The notes below the pieces were generated by a model, which was not told the origin of the DNA, made no database searches, and worked only from the letters and a program-made list of their open reading frames with translations. The translations under genes were made by a program, and so were the position numbers. This document shows positions 29,173 to 38,333 of a stretch of 60,130 nt of DNA, one piece after another. This DNA is from an uncultured Chromatiales bacterium (lineage in GTDB: Bacteria; Bacteroidota; Ignavibacteria; SZUA-365). Location: contig CAZWNO010000001.1 of the NCBI GenBank assembly GCA_964635845.1, positions 28,623 to 88,752 of the forward strand. The letters run 5' to 3'. Every line of letters starts with the position of its first letter. Position 1 is the stretch's first letter.

Positions 29173-30018
29173 ATGGAAATCACAGCCGCCATGGTAAAGG
29201 AGCTCCGCGACAAGACCGGAGCCGGCATGATGGATTGCAAGAAAGCGTTGGGCGAGTCCAACGGAAACATGCAGGAAGCGATCGAGTACCTGCGCAAGAA
29301 AGGCGCCGCCACCGCGGAGAAGCGTGCCGATCGCAACGCGAACGAAGGCGTCGTCATGACGGACGTCGCCGGGGACGAGGGCGTCATCATCGAAGTGAAC
29401 TGTGAAACCGATTTCGTGGCCCGCAGCGAAGACTTCCTCGGATTCGCGAACCGCGCCCTCGCGCTCATTCGCGACGGCAAGCCGTCCGACACAGACTCCC
29501 TGCTCGCGCTCACGAGCGACGGATTGACGCTTGGCGATCACCTCACCGGGATCATAGGCAAGATCGGCGAGAAAATCGAAGTGCGCCGCTTCGCCACCTT
29601 CAAGAGCCCCGGCATGCTCATCGATTACATTCACCCAGGCGCGAAGCTCGGCGTGATGATCGAAATCCAGGGCAGCGCGGATCATGAAGAGGTCAGGAAG
29701 CTGGGACGGGATCTCGCCATGCAGGTCGCGGCGATGAATCCTGTCGCCATCGACCGCGACGCGGTCCCGCAGGAAGTCCGCGACAAGGAACTGGAGATCT
29801 ACCGCCAGCAGGCCGCGGAACAGGGCAAACCCGAGAACATGCTCGACCGCATCGCCGAAGGCAAGCTGAACAAGTACTTCCAGGAATTCACCCTGCTCGA
29901 GCAGACCTTCCTGCGCGATACGACCAAGTCCGTGAAGGATCGTGTCGCGGAAGTTGCCAAGGCTGTGGGCGCCGATCTGAAAGTCACGCGCTTCGAGCGT
30001 TTCCAGGTCGGCGGCTGA
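29173..30018 (+). CDS. tsf: elongation factor Ts
   Basis: MEITAAMVKELRDKTGAGMMDCKKAL is the UBA-like N-terminus, and EVNCETDFVA is also present. Confidence 0.95.
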   Translation: MEITAAMVKELRDKTGAGMMDCKKALGESNGNMQEAIEYLRKKGAATAEKRADRNANEGVVMTDVAGDEGVIIEVNCETDFVARSEDFLGFANRALALIRDGKPSDTDSLLALTSDGLTLGDHLTGIIGKIGEKIEVRRFATFKSPGMLIDYIHPGAKLGVMIEIQGSADHEEVRKLGRDLAMQVAAMNPVAIDRDAVPQEVRDKELEIYRQQAAEQGKPENMLDRIAEGKLNKYFQEFTLLEQTFLRDTTKSVKDRVAEVAKAVGADLKVTRFERFQVGG

Positions 30019-30038
30019 TGTCGCGGCTCTAATCCATT

Positions 30039-30071
30039 TGCCTTTTGGTTCACGCCAGAAGGCATTTTTGT
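30039..30071 (+). terminator. intrinsic terminator after tsf
   Basis: TGCCTTTTGG-ttcacg-CCAGAAGGCA forms a 10-bp stem with one G.U pair, followed by TTTTTGT. The GGAGG Shine-Dalgarno of pyrH follows. Confidence 0.6.
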
Positions 30072-30084
30072 ATCCGGAGGATCA

Positions 30085-30825
30085 ATGCAACGCAAGTACA
30101 ACCGAATCCTTCTGAAACTCAGCGGCGAAGCCCTGATGGGTGAACGCGATTACGGCATCGATCCCGCCGCGCTGCAGCGCTACGCCGAGGAAATCATTTC
30201 GGCCGTGGAACTCGGCGTACAGGTCGGCATCGTGCTCGGAGGGGGCAACATTTACCGCGGCGTCGCGGATTCCGCCGAGGGCATCCACAAGGCGTCGGGT
30301 GACCAGATGGGCATGCTGGCCACGATGATCAACTCGCTGGCGCTGCAGAACGTCCTGGAATCCAAGGGCGTGTATACTCGCCTGGCCAGCGCGATCGAGA
30401 TGAACCAGATCGCCGAACCCTACATCCGCCGCCGCACCATCCGGCATCTCGAGAAAGGCCGCGTGGTGATCATGGGCGCCGGTACCGGACATCCGTATTT
30501 CACGACCGATACGGCTGCAGCCCTGCGCGCCGTCGAAATAGAGGCCGATGTCATCATCAAGGGAACGCGGGTCGACGGTGTGTATGACAGCGATCCGGAA
30601 CGGAATCCCGAAGCCTTCCGCTTCGAGGAGATCTCCTATCTCGATGTGCTGCGGCGCGATCTGCGCGTGATGGACCTGACGGCGATCACGTTGTGTCGGG
30701 AGAATAAACTTCCTATAATTGTGTTCAACATCAACACCAGAGGCAATCTCCGTCGCTTGCTTCTCGGCGAGGATGTCGGAACGATCGTCTCCGATTCCGC
30801 GATGACGACTCCAGTGAAATCGTAA
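30085..30825 (+). CDS. pyrH: UMP kinase
   Basis: [23 protein letters not shown] and [17 protein letters not shown] are present. Confidence 0.95.
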   Translation: MQRKYNRILLKLSGEALMGERDYGIDPAALQRYAEEIISAVELGVQVGIVLGGGNIYRGVADSAEGIHKASGDQMGMLATMINSLALQNVLESKGVYTRLASAIEMNQIAEPYIRRRTIRHLEKGRVVIMGAGTGHPYFTTDTAAALRAVEIEADVIIKGTRVDGVYDSDPERNPEAFRFEEISYLDVLRRDLRVMDLTAITLCRENKLPIIVFNINTRGNLRRLLLGEDVGTIVSDSAMTTPVKS

Positions 30826-30841
30826 TAACGGAGCATTACCT

Positions 30842-31399
30842 ATGATGCAGGAAATTCTCAACGACGCCGCGCAGCGTATGGATAAGTCCATCGAGACCCT
30901 GCGCCAGGAGCTGAGCAAGATTCGCACCGGCAAGGCCACCACCGCGCTGCTCGACGGCGTGAAGGTGGAGTATTACGGCACCATGACGCCGCTCAACCAG
31001 ATGGCCAGCATTTCCGTACTGGATCCGCACACGCTGAGCGTGCAGCCGTGGGACAAGAGCGCGCTGGGCGCCATCGACAAGGCGATCAAGGCCGCCGATC
31101 TCGGATTGAATCCCTCGAATGACGGAATCGTCCTCCGCGTGCCGATCCCGGCGCTGAACGAAGAACGCCGGCGCGATTTCGTGAAGCTGGTCAAGCGTTT
31201 CGGTGAAGAGGCGAAGGTCGCCCTCCGCAACGTGCGGCGCGATGCCAACGACCACCTGAAGAAAGCCGAGAAAGAGGATCATGTTTCAGAGGACGATCGG
31301 CTCAAGGCGGAGAAAGACGTGCAGGAGATGACCGATAAGCACGTCTCCCGCGTGGACGATCTGCTGAAGCACAAGGAAACGGAAATCATGGAAGTGTAA
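30842..31399 (+). CDS. frr: ribosome recycling factor
   Basis: LRQELSKIRTGKATTALLDGVKVEYYG, LNPSNDG..LRVPIPALNEERRRD and RNVRRDAND are present. Confidence 0.95.
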   Translation: MMQEILNDAAQRMDKSIETLRQELSKIRTGKATTALLDGVKVEYYGTMTPLNQMASISVLDPHTLSVQPWDKSALGAIDKAIKAADLGLNPSNDGIVLRVPIPALNEERRRDFVKLVKRFGEEAKVALRNVRRDANDHLKKAEKEDHVSEDDRLKAEKDVQEMTDKHVSRVDDLLKHKETEIMEV

Positions 31400-31423
31400 G
31401 TCTCCCTGACTTCGAGTATGCAA

Positions 31424-31454
31424 AAGCCCCGCCGGACAGCGGGGCTTTTATTTT
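31424..31454 (+). terminator. intrinsic terminator after frr
   Basis: AAGCCCCGC-cggaca-GCGGGGCTT forms a 9-bp GC-rich stem, followed by TTTATTTT. Confidence 0.8.
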
Positions 31455-31518
31455 CAACGGATGGATCTCCGGGTTCATCCGGTCATGTTTCGACAGACCG
31501 ACCTCCGGGTTTGTCCGG

Positions 31519-32103
31519 TTATTTCTGCTCCGATTTCTCCCGTTTGAACTGCAGCAGGATCTGCGACGTGCGGTCCGCGCCTCCGGCATTCTTGTACTGC
31601 AGCGCTTCGAAGCGCTCGTCGAGGCTGGCGACGCTGATCCACGGACCGGAGGTGCTTCCCACCTGGCCGATCTCGATACCGAGCAGGCGGAACGCGTCCG
31701 TCACGAGATACACGCCGTTGAGGTCGCAGACGAGGATCTCCGCCGTGGCGTCTTTCGCCGTCGATGGAAAATGGCAGGTGATTGAATCGCATATGCCGTA
31801 ATCGCGCACCACGGGAGGTTCCGACTGATCAAAGGTCGCGAACTGGTTCTCGAAATCCTTTCTCGACCTGTCGATCCACCGGCCGAGATCCACGCTCCGC
31901 TCCGCGTCGGGATGCATCGGAGCGGCTGCGGAATCGACGGCCGCCGGGTCGTCCTGCCCCGCGATGGGTTTGACCTCGCTCTGTCCGCAGGACCCGAAAC
32001 CGAACAGCATGATAATGAACAATGGGATCAGCGCGATCATGTGTGCGCGCATCAGCGCGACGGGAGAGATCCGCGGCGCCCGGAAGCAGGTCTGTCTGTT
32101 CAT
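31519..32103 (-). CDS. putative lipoprotein, unknown function, translationally coupled to the upstream Fe-S oxidoreductase gene
   Basis: It has an ATGA overlap with the stop of the 32100-34112 gene. A hydrophobic N-terminus carries ..MLFGFGSCGQ (lipobox-like). No family was recognised. Confidence 0.55.
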   Translation of the reverse strand: MNRQTCFRAPRISPVALMRAHMIALIPLFIIMLFGFGSCGQSEVKPIAGQDDPAAVDSAAAPMHPDAERSVDLGRWIDRSRKDFENQFATFDQSEPPVVRDYGICDSITCHFPSTAKDATAEILVCDLNGVYLVTDAFRLLGIEIGQVGSTSGPWISVASLDERFEALQYKNAGGADRTSQILLQFKREKSEQK

Positions 32104-34112
32104 TTTCTCATCGCCTCATATACAAGTTCCGCAATATCCTTGACGGCCACTTCCTCCTGCTTCCCTTTCTCCTTGACGCCATCCGTCATCATCGTCATGC
32201 AGAACGGACATGCCGAGGCGATCGTTCCGGCGCCGGTGTCGAGCGCCTCCTCCGTCCGTTCGATGTTGACACGCTTGCCTTCCTTCTCTTCCATGAACAT
32301 CTGCGCGCCTCCCGCGCCGCAGCAGAATCCCCGATCCCTGCTGCGCTCCATTTCGACTGTCTGCAGGGCGGGGATGCTCTCGAGCACCTCGCGGGGCTGG
32401 TCGTAGATGTCGTTGTACCGTCCGAGATAGCAGCTGTCGTGGAAGGTGACGGATCCGTCGATCGGATGATCCAGAGACAGGATGCCGCGCTGAAGGAGTT
32501 CGCGGATCAGCTGGGTGTGATGTATGACGTTATAGCTGCCCCCGAACTGTGGGAATTCATTGCGCAGAGAATGGAAGCAGTGCGGACAGGCGGTGACGAT
32601 GTTTTTCACCTTGTAGGAATTCAGCTTCTCGATATTGTCGATCATCAGGGTCTGCGCGAGATACTCATTGCCGGCGCGACGCGCGGCATCGCCGTTGCAT
32701 TTCTCCTCCCTGCCGAGGATCGCGAAGCGGACGCCCGTCTTCTGCATGATGCGCGCGAGCGCGACGCTGACCTTCTTGTACCGGACGTCAAAAGAACCCG
32801 CACAGCCTACCCAGAACAGGTAATCGATCTCGTCCGCGCTGCCGAGCTCCGAGAGCTGCGGGATGCCCAGATCGTCGGCCCATGCGGCGCGGTCGTCGGG
32901 CGAGAACTGCCACGGGGCGAAATTGTTTTCGAGATTGCGGAAAAGCACCCCCAGCTGCTCGGGGAATTCTCCCTCAGTGAGCGTGAGATAGCGCCGCATG
33001 TCGACGATCTCGTCGACATGCTCGATCATCACGGGACATTCCTGCACGCAGGCGCGGCAGGTCGTGCAGGCCCAGAGTTCCTGCGGTGTGATGTAATCGT
33101 GGAGCAGCTGCTTTCCGAGTGCGGGAGAATCGGTCTTGCCCGCGGTCACCGCGGGAGCTTTCTCCTCGAAACGCGTGCGCGTGTCGACGATGATCTTTTT
33201 CGGAGAGAGCAATTTCCCGGTGATGTTCGCGGGACACACGGAGGTGCAGCGGCCGCAGTGCGTGCAGGTGTAGCTGTCGAACAGCTGCTTCCAGGTGAGA
33301 TCCTCGACATCCGCGACGCCGAATTTTTCCGCATTCTCATCCTCGAGATTCAACGGCTTGAGCGCGCCATCGCCCTCCCTTCGGATGCCCCGGTTGCTGA
33401 AGTACACGTTGGGGATGGAGGTGATGACGTGGAAATGCTTCGAGTACGGCAGGAAATTCAGGAAGCCGAGCACTGTCACGATATGCATCCACCAGCAGAT
33501 TTCGAAGACCAGCCGCGTCGCGGGGGAATCCGAAAACCACCCGGCGAGCGCCGAGCTGACCGGACGCCAGGCGGAAGCGTATGCGCCGCCCTCGCCGAGC
33601 GCGATGCGGCATCCATTCTGGAGCAGCATGGTGATCATGATCAGTGCAATCGCGGAGAGGATCAGCGTGGCATCAAGCTGCGACGGACGATCGAGTTCAC
33701 GCAGGCGTTTGGGTCCCGCGACATAGCGGCGGAAAAGCGCGAACAGCACCGCGACGAGGACGATCACGGCCATGATATCGCTGCCCAGCGCGATTGCGTT
33801 GTACAGGGGACCGAGAAAGCCGAGGGAAAATCCGGTGTGGAATCCCTCACCGATAGACTCGGCGACTGCGGTCAGCAGAATGACGAAGCCCCAGAAGATG
33901 CCGAAGTGAATCGGGCCGGCGATCGGATCGCGGAGGATTTTCGTCTGTCCGAAGGCGATCGACAGCACGTTGCCGATGCGCTGCTCGAAATTGTCGAAGC
34001 GGTTTTCCGGCTTTCCAATCCTCAGATAGCCGAATACCCTGCGCGCCGTGTACCCGAACGCGGCGAACGCGGCGAGGATGACGATGAGAAATACGATGTT
34101 CTTGATTTCCAT
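32100..34112 (-). CDS. membrane-bound Fe-S oxidoreductase: NarI/DsrM-like polytopic N-terminal domain fused to a 2x[4Fe-4S] ferredoxin domain and two CCG (HdrD/DsrK/GlpC-like) domains
   Basis: The N-terminal roughly 230 aa hold about 5-6 TM helices. CTHCGRCTSVCP and CTTCRACVQECP are 4Fe-4S motifs. The Cys-rich CCG-type blocks are VGCAGSFD..ACPHCFHSL and DSCYLGRY..FCCGAGG..ACPFCMTMM. Confidence 0.85.
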   Translation of the reverse strand: MEIKNIVFLIVILAAFAAFGYTARRVFGYLRIGKPENRFDNFEQRIGNVLSIAFGQTKILRDPIAGPIHFGIFWGFVILLTAVAESIGEGFHTGFSLGFLGPLYNAIALGSDIMAVIVLVAVLFALFRRYVAGPKRLRELDRPSQLDATLILSAIALIMITMLLQNGCRIALGEGGAYASAWRPVSSALAGWFSDSPATRLVFEICWWMHIVTVLGFLNFLPYSKHFHVITSIPNVYFSNRGIRREGDGALKPLNLEDENAEKFGVADVEDLTWKQLFDSYTCTHCGRCTSVCPANITGKLLSPKKIIVDTRTRFEEKAPAVTAGKTDSPALGKQLLHDYITPQELWACTTCRACVQECPVMIEHVDEIVDMRRYLTLTEGEFPEQLGVLFRNLENNFAPWQFSPDDRAAWADDLGIPQLSELGSADEIDYLFWVGCAGSFDVRYKKVSVALARIMQKTGVRFAILGREEKCNGDAARRAGNEYLAQTLMIDNIEKLNSYKVKNIVTACPHCFHSLRNEFPQFGGSYNVIHHTQLIRELLQRGILSLDHPIDGSVTFHDSCYLGRYNDIYDQPREVLESIPALQTVEMERSRDRGFCCGAGGAQMFMEEKEGKRVNIERTEEALDTGAGTIASACPFCMTMMTDGVKEKGKQEEVAVKDIAELVYEAMRK

Positions 34113-34173
34113 GAAGATGGACCTGGCAGGTTCGATGGGAAGGTTGAGGCGGCGCCGAACGGCGCGATGGGTA

Positions 34174-34202
34174 AACTTACGGATTGAGGGTCGGAATCAC
34201 AA
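34174..34202 (-). promoter_or_regulatory. candidate promoter TTGTGA-17-TAAGTT(TA) for the Fe-S oxidoreductase operon
   Basis: Read on the minus strand: the -35 lies at 34202-34197 and the -10 at 34179-34174. The ATG at 34112 is about 60 nt downstream. Heptamer array 2 begins 15 nt upstream of the -35. Confidence 0.4.
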
Positions 34203-34216
34203 TGAATCGGATAGCT

Positions 34217-34377
34217 GATGAAGAATGGCAGATGACAGATGGAAGATGACAGATGTCAGATGACAGATGGAAGATGACAGATGGCAGATGACAGATGGCA
34301 GATGTCAGATGACAGATGGAAGATGACAGATGGAAGATGACAGATGGAAGATGGCAAATGAAATAGATGAAATGGGA
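34217..34377. repeat. array of 23 phased heptamers (GATGACA x8, GATGGAA x5, GATGGCA x3, GATGTCA x2, degenerate ends)
   Basis: Counted directly: 161 nt with no phase break. GATGACA occupies nearly every second unit, giving a 14-nt super-period. Confidence 0.9.
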
Positions 34378-34402
34378 AGGGCGTCCGATGGTGCGGACGC
34401 CC
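34372..34402 (-). terminator. terminator-like hairpin after the 689-aa T9SS cargo gene
   Basis: GGGCGTCCG-n6-CGGACGCCC forms a 9-bp perfect stem at 34379-34402, 34 nt after the stop. On the minus strand it is followed by UUCCCAUUUCAUCUAUUUCAUU, which is the edge of the heptamer array. Confidence 0.5.
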
Positions 34403-34436
34403 TTGCATGCAAACGGAAGCGTTGCGTTGCCGCCGG

Positions 34437-36506
34437 TTACCGTAGCACCTGCATCGTCCGGCCGCCGACGAGTTCCGAGCCGTCGAACAGCTGATAGTAG
34501 TACATGCCGGGACGCAGGGCGGAGGCGTCGATTCCCAGCTGTGTGGCGGCGGGGGCGAGGGTACGGATCATGATCAGGCGTCCGGTGATGTCGTACAGTC
34601 GGAGACTGCGCTCGCGTGAGGCGGGGGAGACGGGAATTACCGTGGAGGCCGACGCAGGATTCGGATAATTCTGTCCGATATGCAGCGCGGCAGCCGCGGC
34701 GTCGAACTCCACGGAAGAGATGATGCCGTGGAACCACTGCCAGGTAAGCTTCATGATCTCGTTGCGCACGGCCACGTCATCGACCTGCTCCAGTCCGAAG
34801 CCGAGGTACACGGTCTTGAAATTGTTCTTTGCGCCGCGGACACCGGCGATGAGCGCGGGATCGCCGTTGTAGTGTGCGATGCTCACTCCATCGGTCGTGG
34901 GGCGGATCTGATCCGGGTAGATCAAGGCTTTGCCGTTGGGCGCCCGGCCGTACACATTCTCGAGTGCCGCCTCCTGCAATCCTCCGAACAGGGTTTCGGA
35001 CGGAAAGAAACGCAGGGCTGTGCGGGTCGAGTCGCCGTCGTTCACGTAATTCGCGAAGAGGTAGGTTCGGTAGAAAGCCCGCGAAGTGGACGTCCCATGG
35101 CCAGCCTGATCCGTCACGTCCCAGCCTACATCCTGTCCGGCGACGAACAGATTACCGCCCTCGCCGAGAAAACCGATCATGGCGCGGCTGAAGGCGTCGG
35201 TGAGCGCAGGGAAGGCCCAGCCGGTGTTGTAGAAGACGTGGTCCACTTCATCGAGGACCTTCGCGTCGAACGCGCGCATGAACGTGCTCAGGGGAGTCAC
35301 GGCATGCGTGCTGCTTCCCGCGAGCGCGATGCCGGCGAGGTATGCATCCTGGAAATCCGAGGCCTTCGTCCCGTCATCGCTGCCCCAGCCGTTGTCGTTG
35401 TTGACCAGCAGATCGGTGACGCCGGAAATGACGCCCGTGCCGAGCCGCTGCGGTGTGAGCGTCGGATCGTCGAGGGAGGCCATGCTGAAGCGGCTTTCTG
35501 CGATTCCGGGGGCGGAGCCCACTTCATGCGTGATCAGGAGGGGGACATTGCCGCCGGCAGGTACTGTGATATCGATCTCGCCGCTGGCGGGAGCACCGTC
35601 GACTGCGTATGCGGTACTCCAATCAGCTGGCTGCTGCGCGGACAGGTTCAGACGCACGCGCGCGTCGGCTTCGCTGAAATTGAGGATGCGCGCATTGAAC
35701 GCGGTCGGCTGCTGCGGGCTGCCTTTCTTGAACTGCAGGTCCTCGGCGACCAGTTCGACGTCAGGCAGAAAGCGCGTGCCCGCGTTGATGACTTCCTTCG
35801 AATTGTCGAGCTGGACGAACACGACGGCATACACCTTGCTCGTGTCCCAGTTCGACGGCTCGAGATCATAGGTCCAGTACAGCTGCGTCGATTCGCCGAG
35901 AGCCGCGGGAGAGAACGCCTGTCCGGTCGGCGTGTTGAGGAAGCGGCGGAACACGTTCGGAAATTCCTTCTCCCCATTCGACCCCGGAGCCGCGGCGAAA
36001 CTGATATTGCTCTCGACGACAAGGACGCGCACGCTCAGTCCCGCGGCAGGTACGAGACCCACGCTGGTCATGGTCGCCACCACCGTCCGCTGCGTGCCGT
36101 TTGAGCTTTCCTGCACGCGGATGCGCAACGGCGAGGATTCGCCGGAGGCGCGATCGAGCATTTCCTGCGAGACGCCTGCCGGGCCGCCCTGGTACTGGTT
36201 CCCCTGCATGACCATGTCGGGCACGCCGGTCACACCATAGTAAGTCACGCGGGCCGCGACGTCTTCCTTGTTGTAGGCATTCATCGGATCGCGTCCAGGC
36301 CAGACGGTGTGATATGCGACGTGGATGTAATTCCCATTGTTCTTGCTGGCGATGTTCTGTTCGAACAGCGGATTCTGCGAGGCGCATGGGCCGCAGCTCG
36401 CGTTCGTGAAATGCTCGAAGAGAATGATCTTTCTCGCCTGGGCGTTCAGCTCCTGTGCGGAGAAGAGTACGCCAACCGCGAGCGCGATGAATACAACCCG
36501 CTTCAT
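34437..36506 (-). CDS. secreted T9SS type-A cargo with N-terminal Omp28-like/thioredoxin-fold module
   Basis: Signal MKRVVFIALAVGVLFSAQELNAQ. ILFEHFTNASCGPCASQNP is an Omp28-related pattern. The C-terminus is IGQNYPNPASASTVI...LRLYDITGRLI...GMYYYQL. A GAGGA Shine-Dalgarno is present. Confidence 0.8.
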   Translation of the reverse strand: MKRVVFIALAVGVLFSAQELNAQARKIILFEHFTNASCGPCASQNPLFEQNIASKNNGNYIHVAYHTVWPGRDPMNAYNKEDVAARVTYYGVTGVPDMVMQGNQYQGGPAGVSQEMLDRASGESSPLRIRVQESSNGTQRTVVATMTSVGLVPAAGLSVRVLVVESNISFAAAPGSNGEKEFPNVFRRFLNTPTGQAFSPAALGESTQLYWTYDLEPSNWDTSKVYAVVFVQLDNSKEVINAGTRFLPDVELVAEDLQFKKGSPQQPTAFNARILNFSEADARVRLNLSAQQPADWSTAYAVDGAPASGEIDITVPAGGNVPLLITHEVGSAPGIAESRFSMASLDDPTLTPQRLGTGVISGVTDLLVNNDNGWGSDDGTKASDFQDAYLAGIALAGSSTHAVTPLSTFMRAFDAKVLDEVDHVFYNTGWAFPALTDAFSRAMIGFLGEGGNLFVAGQDVGWDVTDQAGHGTSTSRAFYRTYLFANYVNDGDSTRTALRFFPSETLFGGLQEAALENVYGRAPNGKALIYPDQIRPTTDGVSIAHYNGDPALIAGVRGAKNNFKTVYLGFGLEQVDDVAVRNEIMKLTWQWFHGIISSVEFDAAAAALHIGQNYPNPASASTVIPVSPASRERSLRLYDITGRLIMIRTLAPAATQLGIDASALRPGMYYYQLFDGSELVGGRTMQVLR

Positions 36507-36612
36507 GGATGATCCTCAGTGTGTGTGAAAATCCGTGATCAGTATGGCAAAGGTATCAAATCAGAAAGTGGGGAAAATTCGCCACTCGATCAAGGCAGTT
36601 CCATCGGAATTC

Positions 36613-37473
36613 TCATCGGACAGGCGAAATGCGGTATCCCTGTTTCTTCAGCAGGGAGAGGATGCCTTTTTTCCCGCCGAAATGGCCGGCACCGACGGCA
36701 AAGAACGTGGGTTTCACCGCGGCGATCTCGAGGATGCGCGGTATCCACGCTTCGTTACGCTTCGTGAGCAGGGCGGAATCGTAGCGCCCGTACTCGATGT
36801 CCGAATCGAGCATGAAGCGATACAGACCGTCCAGATCCTGTTTTTGATAGAGCTGCGACAGCGTGCGGAATGCCGCGCGCGTGCTGTCCATATTCCTGAG
36901 CATCGCGATGACCATCGAAGCCTGCTCCTTCAGCGGAATGACGCTGAACGCCGCCAGCTGCTCCTGCGGCGTCTCGATGCCGATGACTTCTTTGCCCTGT
37001 CTCCGCGCCATGGCCATGAACAGTTCTTCGTAGGACTTCGGCGTACATTGCAGCGTCTTTCCGATGAGCAGTCCGAACAGGAACAGCGGCCGCATGTTGT
37101 TCATCGGCTGAAGGGACATGCCGACGGAATCGCGGAACCAGCTCTCGAGGAAGGCGAAGTCTTCCGCGCTGAACAGGTCGTTCAATGTGCTGTCGCGCGG
37201 CAGGAACGAATGGTGACCCATTTCAACGATGAGCCGTGGATCGTCGAGATCGAGTTCGAGCGCGACCTGCGCCGTGTTGCCGATCGCATCGGTCATGGCC
37301 TCGGTGAAGCGCATTTCTTCAGGACAGATCGCATGAATGGTACCGTACAGGTACGACGGAGCCGTAAGGTCCTTTCCCTCGATCTTCCACAGAAGCGCCT
37401 GCGCGGCGGAAGGGATGGACGGGAGGAGCGTGAGGAGGGCGAATATGATCGGAGCGGTGCTGCGTCTCTGCAT
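36613..37473 (-). CDS. TraB/GumN family protein
   Basis: LLWKIEGKDLTAPSYLYGTIHAICPEEM and FFAVGAGHFGGKKGILSLLKKQGYRISPV are the family-typical N- and C-terminal blocks. Confidence 0.85.
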   Translation of the reverse strand: MQRRSTAPIIFALLTLLPSIPSAAQALLWKIEGKDLTAPSYLYGTIHAICPEEMRFTEAMTDAIGNTAQVALELDLDDPRLIVEMGHHSFLPRDSTLNDLFSAEDFAFLESWFRDSVGMSLQPMNNMRPLFLFGLLIGKTLQCTPKSYEELFMAMARRQGKEVIGIETPQEQLAAFSVIPLKEQASMVIAMLRNMDSTRAAFRTLSQLYQKQDLDGLYRFMLDSDIEYGRYDSALLTKRNEAWIPRILEIAAVKPTFFAVGAGHFGGKKGILSLLKKQGYRISPVR

Positions 37474-37545
37474 GATTGAAACCGGTGTCGATTTTACGTG
37501 TTGATTTGTCTCTGTCGCCGCGCTGGCCGGGATCCGGGGCGGCCA

Positions 37546-38229
37546 TTACGGAATTCTTAACACGAATCCGTTGAATCCCTGTTCCCGGAGAGTCTTCAAT
37601 TTCCAGTTCGCCTCCTCCTCGGTTTCATAATCTCCCACGACGATGCGATGCACGAGCTTGCCCCCGACGGTCGCCATCTGTACGTAGGCATTCTCGATTC
37701 CGGCGGTGCGGAGCCTGTCGAGCTGATGGATGAGATTTTCCATCTGTTCGAACGAGGCGATCTGCACCCCGAAACCGGAGAGATCCGCGCGTTGAATATC
37801 GACTGCGAAGAACTCGGTATTGCCGCGGTCCTTCTCGCTGTCGGGACGATCGTCAAGGTCAATAACTTCCACATTGACTCTCGCCGTGCCTTTTTCGATC
37901 ATTCCGATCTGTGCGGCCGCGGCGCGGGAGAGATCGATAATGCGTCCGCGCGCGTGCGGTCCGTGATCGTTGATGCGCACGACGACACTTTTCCCGTTCA
38001 GAAGATTCGTCACGCGGACCTTCGCATTGAGCGGAATGGACTTGTGGGCCGCGGTCATAGCCCACATGTTGAAGACCTCGCCGCTGGAGGTTTTCTTTCC
38101 ATGAAACTTGTGGCCATAATACGAGGCGATGCCGGTCTGCTTGAAGCCGATCTCGTCCTGTGCCGCAACGCGGGGCGTCAGCATCGACATCAGGAGAACA
38201 ATCAGCATGGCCGCATTGCATCGGATCAT
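37546..38229 (-). CDS. rlpA: septal-ring lytic transglycosylase RlpA-family protein with C-terminal SPOR domain
   Basis: The DPBB block is GIASYYGHKFHGKKTSSGEVFN..AAHKSIPLNAKVRVTNLLNGKSVVVRINDHGP. The C-terminal SPOR-like block is FGVQIASFEQMENL...HRIVVGDYETEEEA. I chose the ATG at 38229. The ORF-track start at 38277 is a TTG. Confidence 0.85.
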   Translation of the reverse strand: MIRCNAAMLIVLLMSMLTPRVAAQDEIGFKQTGIASYYGHKFHGKKTSSGEVFNMWAMTAAHKSIPLNAKVRVTNLLNGKSVVVRINDHGPHARGRIIDLSRAAAAQIGMIEKGTARVNVEVIDLDDRPDSEKDRGNTEFFAVDIQRADLSGFGVQIASFEQMENLIHQLDRLRTAGIENAYVQMATVGGKLVHRIVVGDYETEEEANWKLKTLREQGFNGFVLRIP

Positions 38230-38333
38230 GGGTACGGCGTGGGGGTGATGGAAAATATGGTCGTTAAAAATAGGCAAATGTCGCGAATATTCCTGATATT
38301 TAACCCATCTCGCGAATTCAGCACATCACGCGC

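Noticed and set aside
31467-31519. 17-nt direct repeat ctccgggtt(c/t)(a/g)tccggt (31467-31483 and 31503-31519) in the spacer after frr
   Set aside because: There are only two copies at 15/17 identity, each with just a 4-bp CCGG/CCGG stem, and the second overlaps a stop codon. It could be a regulator site, but the evidence is too thin to call.
32022-34187. 721-aa ORF on the + strand
   Set aside because: It is antisense to the Fe-S oxidoreductase gene, which has unambiguous 4Fe-4S and CCG motifs. It has shadow-ORF composition.
34217-34377. CRISPR interpretation of the short-period arrays
   Set aside because: The units are 7-8 nt with no unique spacers between them, and no cas genes are present. 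These are simple tandem repeats, not CRISPR.
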